Source: the human T2T-CHM13v2.0 reference genome, Homo sapiens
Assembly (NCBI RefSeq): GCF_009914755.1
Contig: NC_060947.1
DNA: 64,000 nt
Strand: one strand, 5' to 3'
In this document: piece after piece, positions 50,498 through 64,000 of the stretch
How positions within the stretch are numbered: position 1 is the stretch's first letter
How the letters are laid out: each line of letters starts with the position of its first letter
Position numbers and translations under genes: made by a program
The notes under the pieces: generated by a model
The model's database searches: none
The model's input: only the letters and a program-made list of their open reading frames with translations
What the model was told of the DNA's origin: nothing

Positions 50498-50802
50498 AAT
50501 AATAAGAAAAACAATTTTTTAAAATTTTACCTTCACTTATTACATTTCTGATCTATATTATTTTCTTGTCTCTGAGGAACTTATTTTAACATTTCTTGCA
50601 AGGCAGGTCTACTGGCTACAAATTCCCTCAATGTTTGTTTAAATCTTTATTTTTCCTTTACTTTTGAAAAAAATATTTCACAGGGTAGACAATTCTAGGT
50701 TAGTTTTTTTTTTTTTTTTTTTTTTTTGGTCCTCTCAACACTTTAAATATTTCATTCTACTCTCTTTTTGCTAGCTTGGTTTTTGGGAAGTCAGGTGTAA
50801 TT

Positions 50803-53962
<3,160 letters not shown>

Positions 53963-55085
53963 TGGGCAGGCCTTTTTAAGAACAGAATGCTCTGGCATAT
54001 TTCAGAATAGTACCCTTTCCCCTCCCTCTGCAGGTAGCATGATATTTCTACCTGATACTCACTGTAAGGACATGTAGAGCTTATGGAAGTAAAACTCACA
54101 AAAGTGTGGCACCTCCCTTCTCCCCACCATAACTGGTTACCCCTGGAGTTTTTAACTCTCAGGCTTGTTCACACTGAGCCTCCAGGAATTTGTCAATTAA
54201 AATTCAAATTTTCTCCCTGGCACTGGTTCCCACAGAGATTTCTGTTCTTGAAAGTTGTGATTCTCTATATCAGCTTTTCTCTCTAATTTTTGAGGTAGCA
54301 GTTCGCCCTGTGATTCCACTTCTCTGACAGATCTAAGAAGAGTTGTTAATCTTTCAGTTTGTTCAGCTTTTTACTTGTTGTTGGGATGGAGTGGCAACTG
54401 CTAACCTCCTTACATGCTGGGCCTGAAACCAGAAGTCTCTCTGTTTTTGGTTTTGTTTTGTTTTGTTTATTCACTTTGTCTCCCTAACTATACTATAAAC
54501 TCTGCAGGAAGAGGAACCTTGTTTGTCTTATTCATCCTATAAACTCAGTGTCTAGTGCTGTGCCTGGCACATGGTAGGTGCTTAATATATGTTCAGAGAA
54601 AAGAGGAAGATACTGAGAGTCAGAAGACCTGGACTGTGATCTCACGCGAGTTCCTTCCTCTCTCCCAGCCTCAGTTTCCTTACTATCTGATGTTATTCTT
54701 GTTTGTTTCTCTATTGTCTGTCTGCCTCCCTCCACTAGAATGTAACCTCCATGAGATTGGGAACCTCATCTGTCAAAGACCCTGCCATATAATAGGTTCT
54801 CTATAAATATTTGTTGAATGAACAAATGAATGACTGAATGACTTAATCTACAAAAGGAAGGGATTGACTTTGATAATTTGATGGCAGGGATTTCTGGTAA
54901 CTTTCCCCTTCCCTACTCAAATGGGTTACCTGTCTGGGCTAGTTTTAAGTACTCCTAAGAGAGATTAATGCCTTTCTGGGAGAGGAACTCAAATAGATTA
55001 CATGGATTAGAATGATCGGAAGTATATGGAAAATCAACTTGTCAAACTTTGGAACTCAGCAGCTTTTCTTCGTGTTATCCAGGAG

Positions 55086-55100
55086 AGCACAGGCTGTGCT
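55086..55100. promoter_or_regulatory. Perfect GRE/ARE-type palindrome
   Basis: AGCACAggcTGTGCT fits RGnACAnnnTGTnCY exactly, in unique sequence. Confidence 0.55.
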
Positions 55101-55597
55101 CCAACATGTGTGTGTGACAACAATTTGAATCTCAGTGTTCAGCCCTTTGAAACCACATAGACTTATGTAATGTGACCCAATTCCTTGGTTTTGCAAAGAA
55201 GGGGGGTGTACAACTGGGAGAAGAGAATGCAGTTATTTACCAGTTTCTTCCTAAGAGCAAAAAACAGAATGTTCAGCATTTGTGGGAGGGGCAAGAGTTG
55301 TGTTCTGCCTGAGTAATTCTTGCTCACTGGATGGGCAGGATCAGGTGACAAACGTCCATATCTCTGCCTGGCACCAGCATGAGCCCTGCCCAGAGGCAGG
55401 AAAAAAATGTTTTAAGTCCTAGTTTCCCCAGCGGTTTGTAACAATGCCCTGGTGTCCCATTTCACAGGCTCAACGGGGGAGATTGAAGGTAATCAAGCTA
55501 TAGGACCTTCAAAAACAACTCGAAGTAGAAGAGTTCAATTGGTAGCCCCCAAGACCAAAGGAGTTCTAAAGGGCCCCTTGCCTTTTGCTAAAGGCAA

Positions 55598-55630
55598 ACA
55601 ACAACAACAGCAACAACAACAACAACAACA
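55598..55630. repeat. (CAA)n microsatellite with one CAG
   Basis: CAACAACAACAGCAACAACAACAACAACAACAA. Confidence 0.95.
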
Positions 55631-56539
55631 AAACATATGCTTTGACCTTCTTCAGAGCAGACACTGCCAAGATGATATTGATGCCTTTGGAGGGAGAAGG
55701 AGAAAGAACTTATGGGGAATGATTTGGCCCTCAGTGATACTCAGCTGTCTATGTCATTCTCTATAAGGTTAGCAACTGCTCTTCAGCAAGGTTGAAGACT
55801 GTTGAAATGGATCCTGTAATCCTACATTTGAGGAAATGGGTGTTACTGAATAATTTTTACCCACAAAAAAAATCTTTTAGCTTTGCAAAAAGCTACATTC
55901 CCATAAAAAATAATTCCCTCAAATTAACATCTTCTCAACACAGCCTGTCTGTCCTGAATGTGAGACTGCAGGGTGGAAGAAAGTGTGATTGGTGGGAAGT
56001 GGTTTACCTCCCACCCAGTTCCAGTCCCACCCGCCCTCTCCCAGTTCCAAGATTTGAAGATTCTGTGCTGATGTTCCTTTTATAGCCATTAAAAACTAAG
56101 AGGATCTTTTCTAGAATTTTGACTTTGGATATCAGGGCCGCAGATTTTGACCTGAGGCTGCCTATTTTAAGGATCACTATCCCCTTTGCCTCCATAAAGA
56201 CATTTAAGAGCATAGTCTGGGCTCCCAGTTTCTGCAATTTCTTTAGTAAGAGGCCTCTCGGGTCATTTCCTGAGATCCCCCTTGCCTGGGCCATTCTGGC
56301 AAAACAGCTCTGCAGCAGCAGGGACACTCCCCCAACCCTCAGGGATGTGCTCTTTTCACTGTGTTCCCAAAGCATATGGCCACACCTGTCAGCCAGCTCT
56401 GACCTGCTTGAGTAGGCATAACCCTCTGTGTAGAAGTCAGTGGTCACAGAGCCTGAGAAGCTCTTTCCTGTGCTCTCTTCCTCATTTCTTCTTCTCCCTC
56501 CTTTTCATCTCTCAATATATCCAAACACCTGAAGAAGAA

Positions 56540-57010
56540 ACTGCTGGTTGCCTACTCCAATGTCTGTTCTTCACTTCCTTAATAACAGAAACTTGAATCT
56601 GTTTGGGGCTAGCAATGTACTCAGTTCAAGAAAGCCCTTCTTTTAGTTAGGAGTGGGCAGACTAGATTCTGGCTAATGAGCTATAAGCAGAAGTGTTGTG
56701 CAGTATGTCTGGGAAGCTTTCTTAAAAGGGAGGAGCCATCTTTCTTCCCCTTCCTCCTTTCTGTGGCCTAGATTGTGGATACAATGACTGGAGCTTGAGC
56801 AGCCATCTCAGACAATGAGGCAATATGCTAAATACAGTAGGCAGCAACTAGGAAGAAGTTTGGGTCTGTGGTGACTTTATAGAGCTGCCCTATCAACCCT
56901 GGACTGTGTACCTTCAGACTTCTCTGATGGGAGAGATGAATAAACTATCTTTTTAAAGCAACTGTTATTATTTTTGCTGTTATTACAGCCAGGGCTAATC
57001 CTAACTCATA
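56540..57010 (+). mobile_element. MLT1J-type LTR
   Basis: TTCTGGCTAATGAGCTATAAGCAGAAGTG...GGAGCTTGAGCAGCCATCT...GAATAAACTATCTTTTTAAAGC. Confidence 0.7.
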
Positions 57011-57278
57011 CTATACCACCCCCACCCCGAGAATGAGACTATGGCTTGACAAACAGATCCAGATAATGGTCTAGGGTTTTATGGGTTAAAATATGGATAT
57101 AGGGAAAAGTAAGCATTTGGAATGTCTTACGTATGGAGTGGGGGATCCCTAGTCAAGAGGCACAGGAATACTAGTAGACTGTAGGCAATTTCCCTTCATA
57201 GTACAATTTCCCTTCATAGTAAGCCCCATGAAGACCAGTACATGTCTCTCAGATTTACCACAGTATCCCCAGTGCTTA

Positions 57279-58743
<1,465 letters not shown>

Positions 58744-58754
58744 CCAGAAATTTA

Positions 58755-59850
58755 TTTTTTGATCAGCAAGTATCAGGCACTGTGTTCAGCTCTGAGGATA
58801 TAGTGTTGAGCAAAATTGATATGGGTCCTGCCCACAGGGATATTCCAGAGTGGCAAGGCAGAAACAGCAAAAATTTGTGAACAAATCATTACAATCTGGG
58901 ATAAATGCAACAAAACAAAGGTAATGGAGAAAACTTATTTAGACAGAGTGACGGGCAAAGATGTCTCAGAGGAAAGGAGAGCCCAAGGATTGGAACAAGC
59001 AGCGAAGCAAAGTCAGGGGAGGGTGCTGGTGGAAGGTTCTGGGCTGACTGAACCAGACACACAAAGGCTCTGAGGAGTATTTGAGGAATGAAAGCAGCTC
59101 AGTGGGCTGGAACTTGGTAAGAGCAGGGGAGTGACACGGGAAAAGGCTGGAGAGGTCAGTGGAGGCCAGATCACGCAGGCACTTGTAGGCCATGGGAAGG
59201 AGTTTGGACTTTACTAAGTACAATGATAAGCCACTGACAAGCCTAAAGCAAGGGAATGCCATGATCTGATTTTGCATTAAGAAGGAGGTCACTCTAGCTG
59301 CTATGTGGAATTGGACAGGGTCCAGTGTGGAGGTAGGGAGACCAACGAGGCTTTTGCCTTTGTGTGAAAGATGAGGGTGACTTAGATCAGGGAGTGGGAA
59401 GGGGGCTAGAGAGAAGTGGAGGGATTCGAGGTGTGTTGTGGAAGTTGAGTGGACCAGACTGGGTAATGGATTGGATGTAGGAGCTAAGGGTTGGGGGAGG
59501 AATCAAGGTTTCTGGTTTCAGCAGCTATGTAGGTGGTGGTGCCAAACACCAAGGTGGGATACAATGGGGGAGGTGGGAGTCAGGACTTTGGTTTTGGTCA
59601 TGCAGATATTGACATACTTGTGACACAAACAAATGGAGCTGTCAAGGAGACAGTTGAATATTGGAGTCTGGAGCTCAGGTGAATGCTTAGGACTGGAGAT
59701 ACAAATTTGGGAGTCATTAGCATGGCAAATGTTTCTTAAGACCTTGGGAGTAAATGGAACTGACCAGGGAGAGAGTACAGAGAGGACAGAGCTGAGCTCA
59801 GAGACACTCCAAATAGGGGAAGAGAAGCCTGCTAAGGTGACTGAGAAGGG
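58755..59850 (-). mobile_element. L2
   Basis: GGCCAGATCACGCAGGCACTTGTAGGCCATGGGAAGGAGTTTGGACTTTA; GAGTCTGGAGCTCAGG..GATACAAATTTGGGAGTCATTAGCAT. Confidence 0.8.
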
Positions 59851-61303
59851 GCCTTAGGATATTGCCCATCTCCGATAGAATGTTCTGGAGTTTGAGGTCG
59901 CTGATAAATAGCACCTATTTTCTTCTACCTGAAATCAGAATCAATCAAGACACATACACACACACACACACGCAAGCCAGACAGGAAAAAAGAATATTAC
60001 CTTTAGCAATCATAAGGCTACTTGGAGAAAAAGGAGTAGGGGTGCAGCCGAACAGACTTGCTAATATGCACTTCTGTCCAGTTAGAAAGACTTAGCCATA
60101 CTGTCCTTGCCATAGGTGGACAAGCACACGCCTCCCCAGTAGGGGATGAGCCTGCCCCACTAAAGTTACTGCAGGGCTGTAAGAGCAGACCAGAACACAG
60201 AACACGTGTGCTCTGCAGGCCGAGAGAACCTATAAGGTCTGGAGAGAGCAGGGGCTACTCTCAGTGTGCTCTGTTCTGCCTTGCCAACTCCGCATTCTGT
60301 CTTTCATCTGCTCTCACCATTGGAAAACATGAAATAAGCTCCAGGAGCACAGAGGCGAAGTATGACCTGGTCATTGTTTCACCCCTGTGCCTCACAGGGT
60401 ACCTGACACACAATAGGTGCCAATGTTTGTTAAATGAATGAATGAACAGATGTGGATGTCAAGACTAGAATAATCCTCACATATCATTCAGGAATCACCT
60501 ATGCCCAGGCCTCAATCCCAGACCAATTTTTATCAACATTTCTGAGGATGAGGTTCAGCATTCAGGATTTCTCCAAGCTCTCCCCAGGTGATTTCAATGT
60601 GCGGCTAAGGTGACGAACTATTATCGCAGGGCCCTGGTCCAACCCCTCATTTTACAGCAAAGTTATTTGTAGAGGGTGTAACGTCAGAGGGCTTGTCCTG
60701 GCCCTGCTGCTGACTGTGTGTGTGGGGCTGGGACTTGCCTATTTCTCTGTCTGGCCCTCATTGCTCTCAGGTGGGAAGTGAGGGGGTGGGGACAGATGAT
60801 CTCTAGAGCCCTGTCCAGCTCTAATGGTGTATTACTCTCTATTCTGATCCCAGATGTGAACTTAACTCACTAGGACATCGATTGTGCCTCAAGATGCCTT
60901 TGCACGGTGGTTAGGTTAGTTTTGCGCTTGAGATGACAGAGTTCTGGATTGCAGTGGACAGCAAAGTAGAGATGTTTGGAAGAGTTCAGGACCTACAGAC
61001 TCAGTCTTTGGTGGTTAATTCGTCCTGTTTTTTCCTTAGGTGGTGGCAGCAAGTTGACCAGTGGAACAGCAAAGGAACAACAGAGGAGCCCAGCTGAGGA
61101 AGCTGCAGTGAGCTAGGGCTGCCCTCTTTGCTCCTGCTCCTCCTCTTCTAGCTCTTGTCTTCCCCTACCCACCCACCTCCCAGTCATCTCTTTCTCTTTC
61201 CTTTCCTGCCCTCTCCATGTATCTGCATCAATCACAAGTCTTTCAAAGGCAAACCTATTATTTCTTCCTACCCATGGAATCCACCCACCTCCCTCCCATT
61301 CTA

Positions 61304-62100
<797 letters not shown>

Positions 62101-63055
62101 AGGGGAAATAAAAAGGGAAGAAATAAGGCTGTAGGTGATTCTCTTCCTCTCCAAAATTGCATGGAGTCTTGTGGGTGCTGGGCCACGTATCCATCTTTAA
62201 AAGTGGCTATTTCCTCAGCCTTCTTCAAACAGGGTAACTGGATAAGAGCTAGATATGAGGATGAGTAGAATTTGGGGGCTAGAAGCAGAGCTGAGGCCTA
62301 GAACAAAGAGGTAACATGTAGGAGTCTCACAGCCAGAGGACTCCTCTTGGCCCCAGTACCCACTAAGCACTTGACTTAGAAACGATCGTGTATAGCCACC
62401 TTGTTTTGCAGATTGGAAAACCGAGGTCTAGAGATGCCAATGACTTGTCCAAGGTCATGTAGTTTGCTAGCCAAAGACTAGGACTACAGCCCAGAACTCC
62501 TGACTGCCTTTTCCTGGAATACTTCTGCTCCCTCAGCCTTCCTCAAAGTGACTGTCAGTTTAATTTTATAAGATGGCGGGGCTTGTGGTAAGGACTCTGA
62601 AGAGAAAATGTCAAAAGAATAGACCAAATGATGGAAACAGGAGATTATCAAGCCTCAGCATTCTCTCCGACTTTCCCTAGCCCTTTTGCCACCTCCATAG
62701 CCTGCCTGTCTTCCTACTCCCTGGAACGTAAGGCTGCCCTGGGGACAGCCTCCCAGGGTTGGCTCTGGAGCTCCTGCTCGTCCTCCTCTGTAGCCACTTC
62801 TCTGGGGCATCTGTCCGCACACGTCTTCAGCTCCCATGACACACAGACATGCCCGCATCTCGAGCTCTAGCCCTCGACTTCACCTTCACATTTGTCTTTC
62901 TATAGGATATTTCCATATGTAAATATGCCTCGCTCAGCCAGAAATCAAAATTGGAATTCATCTTCCCTATGCAAAGCTACAGCCTTTTCCTACCCCCTGT
63001 TTCTTTCAGTGCTTCCATAGTCCACCAATCCTCCCGACTCAAAACTTCCATGTCA

Positions 63056-63289
63056 CCAGAGGCTGGGGGAGAAGGAAATGGGGTTGGGGGGTGGTTAGTG
63101 TTTAATGGGTATACAGTGCCAGTTTGGGATGATGACAAAGTTCTTGAGAAGGATGGTGGTGATGGTTACACAACAATGTGACCATAATTAATGGCATTGG
63201 ACTGTACATTTGTAATGGGTGAAAATGGTAAATTCTATGTTATGTCTATTTCACCACAATTAAAAAAAACAAAAACAAAAACCCAAACC
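63056..63289 (+). mobile_element. L1MB-like 3' fragment inserted in L2, followed by a MER5-like piece (~63400-63545)
   Basis: GTTTAATGGGTATACAGT..GTTTGGGATGATGACAAAGTTCT; decayed TSD CAAAACT(TC)CATGTCA at 63040-63055 and 63290-63303. Confidence 0.75.
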
Positions 63290-64000
63290 CAAAACTCATG
63301 TCATCCTTGACTTGTGGCTACCTTGCTGTCTTCTCCCCAGCTTACTTTGCCACCAAGTAATTCTGATTTTTCACCTAGTGGAGATTCCTCAAACTTTCCC
63401 ATACTCCAGCACCAAGAGGGATTTGTTAAGAGTTATCAATTCCCCAGTCCTACTCGGCTCTTTGGTGTAGGGGTGGAGCATGGAATCCACATTTTAAACT
63501 TCCCAACAAACCTGATGTGGGTGGACTGCAGACTGCACTTGGAGAAATAAATACTGCCTCTCAGTGTCTTTTGGCTTTGTCCCTTCCTCTTCCTTCTACT
63601 ACCCCTATCCCTGCCCCAGCTGGCCCTCATCACCTCACACCTGGATTACAGCAACAGCTGGCCCATCACTAGCCTTTCCCTATTCCAGCCTCTCCAGCTG
63701 CCAGGACCCATCTTCTACAAATATCTTTTGCATCACATCACTTCCCTGCTCAGAAGCCTACCATGGCTCCCTGAGACCTCTTAGATTCTATCTAAAGTCA
63801 CTTGGCTGGGAGCCAGCCAAGTGAGCCTCCCACCCTCCCGCTTACCTTCTTCTCTGTTCACTGCCACCCCTCCCGTGCTCATTAGTCATTTATTTTCCTT
63901 GTGTTAGTCCCTCTGCTAGTTTGGGGTGGTCTTTCTTCTATTTCCCCCTTCCCACCATGAGCCCTGGAACACTTCTGGTTACGTTGGAGGAATTATGAAA

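Noticed and set aside
55452-55766. ORF with polyglutamine
   Set aside because: Produced by a (CAA)n microsatellite; no other coding evidence.
56004-56447. 147-aa minus-strand ORF in unique sequence
   Set aside because: Non-ATG start, no homology I recognise and no clear exon boundaries. A tblastn or PhyloCSF hit would change this.
60199-60212. GRE-like AGAACA-CG-TGTGCT
   Set aside because: The spacer is 2 nt rather than the required 3; half-sites only.

Overview
Primate (human-like) genomic DNA, not microbial. Positions 1-~5790 are the 3' end of PRPS1 (phosphoribosyl pyrophosphate synthetase 1; in human, Xq22.3): three coding exons with canonical GT-AG introns and a ~1 kb 3' UTR. The remaining ~58 kb is intergenic and repeat-dense, with dozens of Alus (several nested, many with readable TSDs), L2, MIR, MLT1 LTRs, DNA transposon relics (MER5, MER53, MADE1, Tigger4a-like) and a large, internally deleted antisense L1M. 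Between the repeats are unique islands carrying CTCF, glucocorticoid-response-element, NF-Y and homeodomain motifs. From memory of human gene order, the next gene beyond the right edge is the glucocorticoid-induced TSC22D3 (GILZ); none of it is visible in the window. Nearly all ORFs in the supplied track are Alu, L1, L2 or simple-repeat artefacts. I found no new protein-coding system. The most unusual structure is a single TSD-flanked insertion at ~50141-50497 that fuses an inverted 5' half of tRNA-Lys(CTT) to an L1 3' end, which suggests retrotransposition from two templates. Repeat subfamily calls are by eye and repeat boundaries are approximate.
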